A stretch of 60,071 nt of DNA from a virus (lineage: Duplodnaviria; Caudoviricetes), in the IMG/VR virus record IMGVR_UViG_3300012202_000001, positions 1 through 60,071 of that record, one strand, 5' to 3'. Each line of letters starts with the position of its first letter. Within the stretch, counting starts at the first letter, position 1. Positions 16,594 to 25,541 of this stretch are shown here, piece after piece. The position numbers and the translations under genes were made by a program. The notes beneath the pieces were generated by a model. The model ran no database searches and had not been told where the DNA came from. It saw only the letters and a program-made list of their open reading frames with translations.

Positions 16594-17437
16594 CCGGCCA
16601 ATCGCAGCCCGTCAACTGCAGCGGTGGCTTCTCTTTCATATTCTTGATGGTCTCCAACTTGCGCATGGCGATGTCGAGAAAGTACGTGCGCTGCCACTGG
16701 GGAAGCGCCGGCATCTCTACCCGGTAGACCAGATCGCGCATGACATCATCTTTCAGCATGGCATTGAGCCACGTTTCGCGGCTGATTTCTTCGTGATCCT
16801 CGCGCCAGATCTCCACCCAGGACTCTTTGAATCCGGCATTGACCGTACCCACTCGCCGGCGAAAGCGGATGTGGGTGTGCCCGATTACATGCTTGAGCGC
16901 CTTGGTCCAGTAAGAGTGCCGGCGCCCGTTCCGTTCCTGGCCGATCACCAGCACAATCAAACTCATGGGCAGGTTGTAGGCCGCCATTTCCCCCAGCGTG
17001 AACCAGTTGCGGCATTCCGAGTAGTGCCGGTCATCGTTCCAGTGGGAGACCAGTACAATGCGCCGCAGCTTGTCGCCTTCCGGGGACATTAGACAAGAAG
17101 AAGTCCAATTTTGGACTCTTTCTGGAACCACCCAGGGCTTGTCTGCCGCCTTGCGTAAAGTCGTTACCAGAAGGTCGGCTAGGTGGGCATGATTCATGGC
17201 ACAGGCGTAGACCACCTCGCCGTCTACTTCGATTCCAGGGGAAGTAGCCAGATCTAGGACAGTTTCCCCCGCTATCTGCCCCCAGGAAGCCCTCTCCTCG
17301 CATTCCTGTGCCGTCAGGACTCGATATAGGGTTTCGCGTAGGGTTTCGGTCGTGGAGAGCTTATTTCGCTTCCAGCGGCGCCAGAACGGGATGCGGGGGC
17401 AGGTTTCTAAGCCACTTAACAGTTCAGGGGAAGTCAT
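16403..17437 (-). CDS. Cas4/PD-(D/E)XK-like Fe-S nuclease-fold protein (possibly degenerate)
   Basis: N-terminal CPR and C-terminal C-x5-C-x4-CC cysteines; catalytic residues not obvious. Confidence 0.5.
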   Translation of the reverse strand: MTSPELLSGLETCPRIPFWRRWKRNKLSTTETLRETLYRVLTAQECEERASWGQIAGETVLDLATSPGIEVDGEVVYACAMNHAHLADLLVTTLRKAADKPWVVPERVQNWTSSCLMSPEGDKLRRIVLVSHWNDDRHYSECRNWFTLGEMAAYNLPMSLIVLVIGQERNGRRHSYWTKALKHVIGHTHIRFRRRVGTVNAGFKESWVEIWREDHEEISRETWLNAMLKDDVMRDLVYRVEMPALPQWQRTYFLDIAMRKLETIKNMKEKPPLQLTGCDWPVKCRFLKCCHSIPEKEPSAALGFVRISPRTPVALVGNCRAPETSSDPCSPVPESAAHLPETHS

Positions 17438-19965
17438 CGTCCTAAAGCATGCAGCGCTTCCTTCCGGTTGGTGACTACCGGATTGGTTGGTTCCTTTCGC
17501 CTAGCCGCCGCCGCGGCCAGGATCCTAGACACATTCCGGGGACCGAGGAAGGCGCGCACTTCCGGAGTGAGATTCACAGGTTTTCCACGGCCTACGGCTT
17601 TATTGAACCGTTGCTGGCGAGCCGCGATTTCATCCGCATTAAGCTTGCTAGCGCGTTTCGAGATGTCGCTAAGGCTTGAGCCGGGAGGGAGTTCTGCCTT
17701 CGCGCGCGCAAATGCTGTGTTGTCTGTGGAAAAGTCCATCTGCTGCAACGTTTCCACAGCCGATTCCGTTATGCCATTGATAATCTTGACCTTATCAGCG
17801 CCGGGAATGTTCGACAGAGCGCGTATCTCTTCCGGAGGAGCCTTTTCCAGCCAGGAGACTACAGCCGGATTGCGCAGTGCTCGCGAACCAAAGTATTTTC
17901 CGCCCTCGTATCCAAGGGCACCCATAAAAGGCAAACTCGAAGCACCTTGGGCAATCTCACCCCCAGCCCCACCCAGCATCCCGCCGAGATAATGGACGAT
18001 AGACCCCAGAATGACGGACCCGCCGATGATTCCAATATCTCGCGCATTGTAGCTTCCCCAGTTACGCGAACGGTCCTCAAGATCCTTGCGCGCCCGTTCT
18101 ACCGTATTCACTTCCGGCTGTGGAACCTTCTCCGGAAGTGTTTTCAGCGCCGGCCTAGCTGTCGATCCTTCCGGAATCGGCTTCGGTTCGGTCAGTTTCA
18201 CCGGCCCTGGCGCTTTGCCAATAGTTTTCTGGGTCTCGTAAATCTGGGTTACGAGATCAGCCGCCTCGTTGCCGCCGTACTGGGGATACTTGCGCAGGAT
18301 GTCGACTGCCCGGTTCCCGGTTTCGCCTTGCGTCCGCAGCAATTCATTCTTGATGGCGTATGGGTCCACTGCCTGAAGTGTTCCCGCAACCGGCGAGCCC
18401 GATCCCTTCGGACCACTTGGCGTGTGGAAATCTTTGCGCCAGTTGGTATAGAACTCTCGCGCCTCTTGCCACTCAGCGGTTGCGCCTTTCGATTCCGCCA
18501 TCTGCCCCATCATGTCAATGATAGTGTCGTCCACCGCTCCCAGAGCCCGTTTCATGACCGGGGCAATGGAAGGCGAACGCATCGCCGTTTCAGTTGCAGT
18601 CTTCATGCTCTGCAACTTCCCCCAGGTGACCGGATCACCTTTTCCAATATCAGCACCGTAGCGTCTCGCAATATCCATGTTCACAATGCCATCAACCACA
18701 GCTTTATTATTCGCTGGCAGCGCTTCGTAACTTCCCTTCATCCCTTGCGACGTCATCACTTCGCGCCGAATCGTGCTGGTAGCTCCCGCGATCTCTTCCT
18801 GGGGTTCGACCATCTTCGTCATGCGCCGCAATAAACCGGCCTGTTCCGGAGCTAGGCCAGCCTCTTCCGCTTTGATCTTATCCAGCAATACTTGCGACTC
18901 TGCTACCGGCTCTCCCGGTTGATCGACGCCAATCTTTGCTTTCACGGCGTCAAACTTACGGTTGGCTTCCTGCCATATCCCGTTTTCGACTTGCTCAATC
19001 TTTGTTCTCGCCGCTTTACTCGTTTCCTCCACTTTTACGAGTGATTCCTGGCGCTGAGTCTTTCTCGTCTCCGCTTCCTGGGTTTTACGAACGTTCTCTG
19101 CTTCAATTTCCTTGTTCTTCTTCTGCAGCGCAAACCTCTCCTCGCCCTCGCGGAAGCGCGATGCCTGTATTTTTTCCGTGTTGTCTCTGATCGTTTCTTC
19201 GAGCTTGGCTTTATTCTCAGGTACGGCTTTCTGGTAGCCTTCAGCCTGTCGCCTTACCTCTTGTCGCAGACCCGATTCCGGTCCTGTAACCTGTCGACCA
19301 ACCCGCTGTGCTCCCGCCTTAAACCGTCCAATCCGCTCTTTGATGGTTGCGGGGGTCTGCTCTCCTGCCATCGCTGCCGATCCCGACATTCCAGCTAGGC
19401 CCAACAGAAATTTCTGAGCATTCTCTGGACTGATTTGCCCACTTCGAATTGCATCCGCAACCTGCTGCGAACTCTGCAAGCCAAAATAACTAGCCGCGGC
19501 CAACATGCCGGCAGGACTGAGCTTGCTTACAACAAAAACCGCCAGCGTCTTGGGATCCATTAAGCCACCGGCCAGTTGTGCTGCAACCCCCTCCCCTTCG
19601 TAGAACATGGACTGCGCACCGCGGCCCATCTGCTCAAGAAATGGTCTGGTTCCTGCTGGCTTGCCTTGGGTGAATTTCTCTGGAGTCGCTTCTCTCTGGT
19701 ATTCCGTTGCCAGTCGTCCGGCTTCTCCCGCGATCTCTCCGAATCTCTCCTGGGGGTTTTTAACGAAACTCGACACATCGTATGTCGGCAGTGCGCCAGA
19801 TCTCCGCGCTTGCATGTATTTCTGGCCGGCAGTTTGCGGAGTCTGTAGTTGATCGAGGATGCCCTTACGCATCTCCGGAGCTAAGCCCAAGAGAACCTGC
19901 TTCTGCTTGTCTTCAGGTAGATTTCGCAGCTTCTCGATGGCCTGTTCTTTTGTCAGATCTCCCAT
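17434..19965 (-). CDS. Large internal virion/ejection protein
   Basis: 843 aa, helical A/E/K/G-rich with hydrophobic patches; last of three such genes after the tail genes. Confidence 0.6.
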   Translation of the reverse strand: MGDLTKEQAIEKLRNLPEDKQKQVLLGLAPEMRKGILDQLQTPQTAGQKYMQARRSGALPTYDVSSFVKNPQERFGEIAGEAGRLATEYQREATPEKFTQGKPAGTRPFLEQMGRGAQSMFYEGEGVAAQLAGGLMDPKTLAVFVVSKLSPAGMLAAASYFGLQSSQQVADAIRSGQISPENAQKFLLGLAGMSGSAAMAGEQTPATIKERIGRFKAGAQRVGRQVTGPESGLRQEVRRQAEGYQKAVPENKAKLEETIRDNTEKIQASRFREGEERFALQKKNKEIEAENVRKTQEAETRKTQRQESLVKVEETSKAARTKIEQVENGIWQEANRKFDAVKAKIGVDQPGEPVAESQVLLDKIKAEEAGLAPEQAGLLRRMTKMVEPQEEIAGATSTIRREVMTSQGMKGSYEALPANNKAVVDGIVNMDIARRYGADIGKGDPVTWGKLQSMKTATETAMRSPSIAPVMKRALGAVDDTIIDMMGQMAESKGATAEWQEAREFYTNWRKDFHTPSGPKGSGSPVAGTLQAVDPYAIKNELLRTQGETGNRAVDILRKYPQYGGNEAADLVTQIYETQKTIGKAPGPVKLTEPKPIPEGSTARPALKTLPEKVPQPEVNTVERARKDLEDRSRNWGSYNARDIGIIGGSVILGSIVHYLGGMLGGAGGEIAQGASSLPFMGALGYEGGKYFGSRALRNPAVVSWLEKAPPEEIRALSNIPGADKVKIINGITESAVETLQQMDFSTDNTAFARAKAELPPGSSLSDISKRASKLNADEIAARQQRFNKAVGRGKPVNLTPEVRAFLGPRNVSRILAAAAARRKEPTNPVVTNRKEALHALGR

Positions 19966-19971
19966 AGGATT

Positions 19972-21447
19972 TTACTTTGGAGGAGGCGTCGCTTGGTTTT
20001 GCTGGCGAAGCGCTCGCATGATGTCATCAACATCTTGGTCAACCGCTCCTGCCGGGGTGATGCCGGAAGCTTTCAGAGCAGCTTCTTTTTCTCTTTGCAA
20101 TTCATGGGCTCCATCTACCAACTGACGCAAAAGTTCAGGAGGGAAGGCTCCGGTCGTCACATTATTCAAAGCTTGCTCAAGCGAAGTTCCCCAACCAAGT
20201 TTAACGACATACGCCAAGGCTTGACCCGTAAAGCGACCGGCGCTTTCTCTTTCCAGCCTTACCGCAAGACGTTTCTGGTTCACCGCGTCCTCCGGCTTGG
20301 TGGCAACTTCATCGGCAAACTTAACCAGACCAACTGCGGTATCGTATTCCTTCTGCGCGCTCGCTTGCGGTCCAGTGAGACGTCCACCAACCGGCGCACC
20401 TTTTGAAATCACACCGGCCCCAGCCGGAGGCGTGACCCTAGACCGAGCTTCCCCTGGAGTCTTGGGAGGCGCGGCTGTCGGCGCCTCAGGTTGACGCAAG
20501 CCGGGAGGAGTCGCACCTGGGAATGTCTTTCCGCCTGTTCTCTGGATCGTCACCGGAACGATTGTTCCGTTAGGCTGCGTTACCATCGCAACGTATTGCC
20601 CTGTCGTTTCCCCAGCCGTTTGCATGGCCTTCCAGCGGGGAAAGAACGCCTTTTGCTCTGGTTTCATGTCTGCATACTTCACCGGAGGGTCGAAGGCGTT
20701 CTCGTAGGCTTCGAGTGTGGTCTGATTCGCCGTTGGCGGCTTCTGTCCACCCTTCGGCGAGACCGCTTGCCCTTGGAAATCAACTTCTTCAGGAGGTCCA
20801 CCCTGCTCCAGCGGCACCCGCCAGTAATGCTTTTTCCCTGCTTCGTCTGTGGTCTCGGTGAGTTGACCCTGATACTTGGTTGGCGTTTCCTTGGGCTCCA
20901 GTGGCGCCCCACCGTAGGCGTGAGCGAAATACGGTTTCTTTTCCTCAGCGGTCATCGGGCGGCCAAACTGGCGCTCGAAAGAGTTCTCGATCTCGCGCAT
21001 CTTGTCCGGAGTCTGTCCTGGCGCATAGGCCGCGGATTCAATTCCCGCCATCCTGTCGCCGATACTCTTCTTGGCGGCTGCTGGAGTGGCAGGAGCCGCT
21101 TGCCGGCCCTTGTGGCGACCGATATGCGCCTGGATGAATCCACCCAGCTTGCTCAACGCGCCGGGATTATTTTCCGGATGATAGAGATCGGTGAAGACAC
21201 CACGCGCATCGTGCAATGCCTGATCGATGCTTTGTAGATCCTGCTGATACGTGGGCGAGCTTTTATCGAGTTGCGAGCGGCGCTGATTGAGAGTCTGGAC
21301 GTCCCCCAGGATCTGCTGGGTCTGGTTCTGCAGTTCGGCATCAGACAAAGCTTGGCGCCGCTGCTTTTTCTTCTCAATCGATTCGACGCCATAGGTGGAC
21401 CCGGCAGCCGCGGAGAAACCCTGTGCGAGATCTTCAAGAAATGGCAT
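19972..21447 (-). CDS. Internal virion/ejection protein
   Basis: Q/P/A-rich, 491 aa; synteny. Confidence 0.55.
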   Translation of the reverse strand: MPFLEDLAQGFSAAAGSTYGVESIEKKKQRRQALSDAELQNQTQQILGDVQTLNQRRSQLDKSSPTYQQDLQSIDQALHDARGVFTDLYHPENNPGALSKLGGFIQAHIGRHKGRQAAPATPAAAKKSIGDRMAGIESAAYAPGQTPDKMREIENSFERQFGRPMTAEEKKPYFAHAYGGAPLEPKETPTKYQGQLTETTDEAGKKHYWRVPLEQGGPPEEVDFQGQAVSPKGGQKPPTANQTTLEAYENAFDPPVKYADMKPEQKAFFPRWKAMQTAGETTGQYVAMVTQPNGTIVPVTIQRTGGKTFPGATPPGLRQPEAPTAAPPKTPGEARSRVTPPAGAGVISKGAPVGGRLTGPQASAQKEYDTAVGLVKFADEVATKPEDAVNQKRLAVRLERESAGRFTGQALAYVVKLGWGTSLEQALNNVTTGAFPPELLRQLVDGAHELQREKEAALKASGITPAGAVDQDVDDIMRALRQQNQATPPPK

Positions 21448-21453
21448 GATTAT

Positions 21454-22089
21454 TTATCCCACAGCCCCACTAGCGCTGGACTCTCCGATGTTTCCTGTGT
21501 CGAGGCCACCACCACCACCGAATAAGCCTTTGATACCCTTAATGCCACCGCCGCCGATAAAGGCCGAACCAATGTCTGCGATGCTCTTGAAAATATCGTT
21601 CATCTTCGCGGCTTTTTGCTTCTGAATTGTTGCCTCTGCTCCGAAAGCCGCCTCATGCGCGGAGAGACCTGTACTCAGCAGTCCAGAGCCCATACCCCCC
21701 AGGGTGGACGCGGCCCCACCCAGTAATCCGCCTTCGAGTTCGCTGGCTTGCTTTCTTTCCGACTCTCCAATCTGTTGTTGCTGCGCCGCTGTCCCGCCGC
21801 TGCGCGTACCGAACTCCGACAGAGTTTTCAATTCCTGCCCTCCGCGCTCGCTGATATGGGAATAGGCAGGACCGAGGGCGCGGGAGAGTTGGGTTTGATC
21901 GCCGGAGATGATTGCATTCCAGAAATCGGATGCCTTGCTTATATCTTTTTCGCCTTCTGACGTTCCAAAGCTGCCAATGCCCCCGAGCGCTCCGGCTTCG
22001 CGATACTCGCCCTTTGTCGGGCCTTGCCCGATGCCGAAGAAAGACGGCATTAGTAAGTTGATCCAGGGTTGGATGAGAAAGCGAATCAT
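21454..22089 (-). CDS. Pilot/ejection protein
   Basis: G/A/S-rich with glycine-zipper-like segments; synteny. Confidence 0.55.
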   Translation of the reverse strand: MIRFLIQPWINLLMPSFFGIGQGPTKGEYREAGALGGIGSFGTSEGEKDISKASDFWNAIISGDQTQLSRALGPAYSHISERGGQELKTLSEFGTRSGGTAAQQQQIGESERKQASELEGGLLGGAASTLGGMGSGLLSTGLSAHEAAFGAEATIQKQKAAKMNDIFKSIADIGSAFIGGGGIKGIKGLFGGGGGLDTGNIGESSASGAVG

Positions 22090-22110
22090 GTTGTTCTCCC
22101 GCGAATCATA

Positions 22111-22893
22111 CTACGGCTCAAACATCGCCATAATAGGGTTGATGGTGTCAATCGCCAGTATCAAGGGCAAAGCGATACTCGTCGGACATACGCCCCCGAC
22201 CGTTGCTAGGTTTACGTTTCCAAAACGCATGTTCACAGCATTGAAGAGAAGCCGCATAACCTGGGTAACCGCCACAAACGACGAATACCCCGCAGAAAAC
22301 ACCGATTGCGTTTGCCCGAAATAATAAATGCCAGGAGTCAGCGTCACCGGAGCAATGGTGTTAGTCGACACGAAGTTGATCGAAGTGTCGTAGAGGCCCG
22401 AATACAAAACTTGATTACCACTTGCATCGTAGATTGCGACCGAAGCGTTCCCCACCCCGGTTCCCCCGCCCAGAAACACAGACACCTTCGAAATCGTGAT
22501 GGTGACGTCTAAATTAAATTGCCACGCCCACAGAACATTCGTGTCCGCCAGGGTTATGTTTGAATTACTCGCAATCTGGAGGCCAACCGGGACGCTGAGG
22601 AATCCCGGCCCGACCATATAACCTTGCCCCGGAGTAGAAATCACCAGACCACCGCTGGGAGTGATGACGGTTGTGTTCGTCGTATTGTTATTGACAACCG
22701 TAGTCCCGCCAGCGCCGGCCAGCTTATCGTTCAGCGACACGATGGCTTGATGAGCATCCAGCAAGCCGTTAAAAAGCATGCGCACGTTGTCGCGAATCTG
22801 CGAAGGTAAGGGAATGTTTTTCCCTTCGTGCTCAATCGAGGTTGGGATGGTGTACGCACTCGGCAGTCGAAATGAAGTGGGATTACCGCTCAC
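22111..22893 (-). CDS. Tail-associated/fibre-like protein
   Basis: Short coiled coil followed by a T/S/V-rich beta domain. Confidence 0.55.
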   Translation of the reverse strand: MSGNPTSFRLPSAYTIPTSIEHEGKNIPLPSQIRDNVRMLFNGLLDAHQAIVSLNDKLAGAGGTTVVNNNTTNTTVITPSGGLVISTPGQGYMVGPGFLSVPVGLQIASNSNITLADTNVLWAWQFNLDVTITISKVSVFLGGGTGVGNASVAIYDASGNQVLYSGLYDTSINFVSTNTIAPVTLTPGIYYFGQTQSVFSAGYSSFVAVTQVMRLLFNAVNMRFGNVNLATVGGVCPTSIALPLILAIDTINPIMAMFEP

Positions 22894-22925
22894 ACCAAAG
22901 CCTCCGTAGTGGTATCATGCCACGC

Positions 22926-23447
22926 ATGAAGAACCTGCAGGAAGAATGGCGTCCAGTAATAGGGTATGAAGGACAATATGAAGTGTCCAACTCTGGACGC
23001 GTAAAAAGCCTTAAACGTAATGCTCAAATGGGTCTTTACGTAACCAAACCGCGCGGCTATCTCGGTGTCGTTCTTCATAACAACGGAGTTCGGAAAGCAC
23101 ACTTCGTCCATACTCTTGTAGCCGCAAGTTTCATCGGACCCAAGCCCAAGGGTAATTTCGTCAACCATAAGGACGGGAAAAAGCCGAACAACGTTCCCTT
23201 GAATCTGGAATATGTAACAGCCAGCGAGAATGCGCGTCATGCTTGGCGTTTGGGCTTGTACACACCGCACACACCTAAAGGAGAAGCGAGCCATTTTTCG
23301 AAGCTCACCGAAAAAGACGTCAGAGATATTCTGGAAAAAACCAAAGAAGGATGGTCCCTCAATCAACTCAAAAGACACTTCAACGTGAGTCGCGTTACAA
23401 TCTGCCGCATTCGCACTCGCAAAACGTGGACTCATCTCAGACCTTAG
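22926..23447 (+). CDS. NUMOD4-HNH homing endonuclease, antisense to the tail operon
   Basis: EEWRPVIGYEGQYEVSNSGRVKS, VNHKDGKKPNN..LNLEYVTASEN; TGGTATCAT extended -10 just upstream. Confidence 0.9.
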   Translation: MKNLQEEWRPVIGYEGQYEVSNSGRVKSLKRNAQMGLYVTKPRGYLGVVLHNNGVRKAHFVHTLVAASFIGPKPKGNFVNHKDGKKPNNVPLNLEYVTASENARHAWRLGLYTPHTPKGEASHFSKLTEKDVRDILEKTKEGWSLNQLKRHFNVSRVTICRIRTRKTWTHLRP

Positions 23448-25539
23448 CCCCTATGCCGCTTGGACCTCCAACGATTTTCAATATACTGAATGCTTCTGTG
23501 CTCCCCCACTGCTTGCATTTCACTTCCAAGTCATTTTCAAACAGATAGAACGGCCCTGTTGAAAACACCCGCAGACTCATCAGTTTGAATTTGTTTACTG
23601 GAACTGTAACTTTTATCTTCGCTTGAACCAAAGCTCCACCAGAACTAGAGAGCGTTAAGGTGATCGAAGGCCAAGCATCAAAACTCAGCACCACCGTTAA
23701 AGGAGTTGCAGAAGCATAGGCAATGTTAAGTTCTCGGATGTGTCCCCATCCCGTTAATCCCAGAGAGGTAAGCTCACATTGCCAGTTGGTCGTTTGCTCC
23801 GGCCAAGGCTCGAAGACAATGTGACTGTCCCATACGCGCCATGCCACCGAGTCAGTCACGAGCACGCGCACGCTATGCGAGACGAAAGGCGTCACACAGG
23901 AAAACGCAATCGTTGTCTGCTTGGGAAACGTTGCCGGAATCTCATTCAAAGCATGCAACGAAAGATCGTCCGAACTCTGTAGTTGGAACGTCTTTGCAGC
24001 ACCAAAGCTATCAGCCGTGATAATCACGCCTTGAACGAACTTATTTCCTTTCGTTCCTCCGTCATCCCAGTCAGTCGGGCGGTTGAACTGATTCTCTGGC
24101 TCCTGAATCAGCGAAGGTTGCCATACCCGGATGGCGTAGCGGCTCGAAAGAGACCACGCGAACATGGTTTCGATGTCGCGCGAATAAATGCCGTCTCCCG
24201 CGTTGAAATCGATGACCAGCGCCGTCCGGCCTTCAGTAGTGTAGGTCGATGCCACCATTGCCGAACTTGGTACAAAAGCTTGGTAAAGCTCCGTTGCCGG
24301 AGAAATGTTAAGTGTCGATGTGCATCCTCCTCCGGTTCCGGGTCCGCCACCAATGCCGCCACCGCCAACCTGGATCGGAACACCAATGGGCGGCGGCGGG
24401 GGAGCCTGACTTGGCTGATAAGCAATGCCTAGGATCGGCGATGCTATCGCTGCAGTTAAAGCGGACCCGCCATCTCCTGACGTGCCGGATGTCCCATTGC
24501 CGGCAATCGTGCTTATCACGCCTCCACTTGTAATAGCGCGAATCCGAGCTTCGTTTGGCAGATTGATATTGCCGAAGCCCATGCCCAGAGTTCTGGTTAC
24601 TGAGTCGATGGCTAAGCTGTTGTTGAATCCGAGGGTCGCGGCAGTGGCTACTCCTCCATCCCCTGAATACCCTTCGGTCCCCTCAGAACCTGAGCCTTGA
24701 CCGGAAATCCTGCCTACATTTCCATTGGCGATCGACACCCCAAAGATAGTTGCCAATGCTCCGGAAAAGTTAGCAGCCCGAATCAAGTTACTCTGTGCCC
24801 AAATGACGTTTCCCTGGGAATCGCAGACTATGCCAGTGGGAACAAATATGGTTGCACTCGTGGCTGGTCCGCCGTCTCCAGAACTTCCAAATGATCCCGT
24901 CCCCACCACCGTGTTTATGATTCCCGTAACATGATCGATCTTTCTAATGCGGGAAAGGTCCAGCAAAAACACGTCGCCATTCGGGCTAAGAGCCAATTCA
25001 TTACCACGGCTGGAAGTCGCACCGGATTGTATCTTTGCGAGTATTGCCGGCCCTCCATCACCCGAGAATCCAGTCACTCCTGTCCCGCCTATGGCTTTAA
25101 TGTTTCCCGCAGGGATGCTCACGTTGCAGATGGTCTGCGTAGTCGCTTGCATGTTGATGCAGAAGATTTGCGAAGTTAAGCCAATGACGTATAGATTGCC
25201 GGAAGCATCCAGAGCGATGGAAAGACAGTTCAGACTTGCATTGCTAGCAGGGCCGGGAATATTCGTTTGACTAAAAACACCTGCTCTCCCAACGATGTGC
25301 GTAGCCACAAACGATGGAGAGATTTTGTAGAGTGCGGCGCCGCTAAAGTCAGAAACGTAAATGTTTCCGCTGGCATCCAGGCAGATGCCGGCACAGTTTC
25401 CGCTGGGAGCATTCGCACTAAATACTGAATCACCTGAGACCGTTGGACTGTGGATGATGCCCGAGCTATCTACATAGCGAATTCCTCCGCTCGCCGGAGA
25501 GAACCCGCTATTCGGAGTGAAGTAAAAAGCAATCGCCAT
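23437..25539 (-). CDS. Tail protein with NHL/teneurin-like beta-propeller repeats
   Basis: Repeated G(F/Y)SGDGGPA..A and LDASGN.Y motifs; Pro/Gly linker; beta-rich C-terminus. Confidence 0.7.
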   Translation of the reverse strand: MAIAFYFTPNSGFSPASGGIRYVDSSGIIHSPTVSGDSVFSANAPSGNCAGICLDASGNIYVSDFSGAALYKISPSFVATHIVGRAGVFSQTNIPGPASNASLNCLSIALDASGNLYVIGLTSQIFCINMQATTQTICNVSIPAGNIKAIGGTGVTGFSGDGGPAILAKIQSGATSSRGNELALSPNGDVFLLDLSRIRKIDHVTGIINTVVGTGSFGSSGDGGPATSATIFVPTGIVCDSQGNVIWAQSNLIRAANFSGALATIFGVSIANGNVGRISGQGSGSEGTEGYSGDGGVATAATLGFNNSLAIDSVTRTLGMGFGNINLPNEARIRAITSGGVISTIAGNGTSGTSGDGGSALTAAIASPILGIAYQPSQAPPPPPIGVPIQVGGGGIGGGPGTGGGCTSTLNISPATELYQAFVPSSAMVASTYTTEGRTALVIDFNAGDGIYSRDIETMFAWSLSSRYAIRVWQPSLIQEPENQFNRPTDWDDGGTKGNKFVQGVIITADSFGAAKTFQLQSSDDLSLHALNEIPATFPKQTTIAFSCVTPFVSHSVRVLVTDSVAWRVWDSHIVFEPWPEQTTNWQCELTSLGLTGWGHIRELNIAYASATPLTVVLSFDAWPSITLTLSSSGGALVQAKIKVTVPVNKFKLMSLRVFSTGPFYLFENDLEVKCKQWGSTEAFSILKIVGGPSGIGAKV

Positions 25540-25541
25540 GA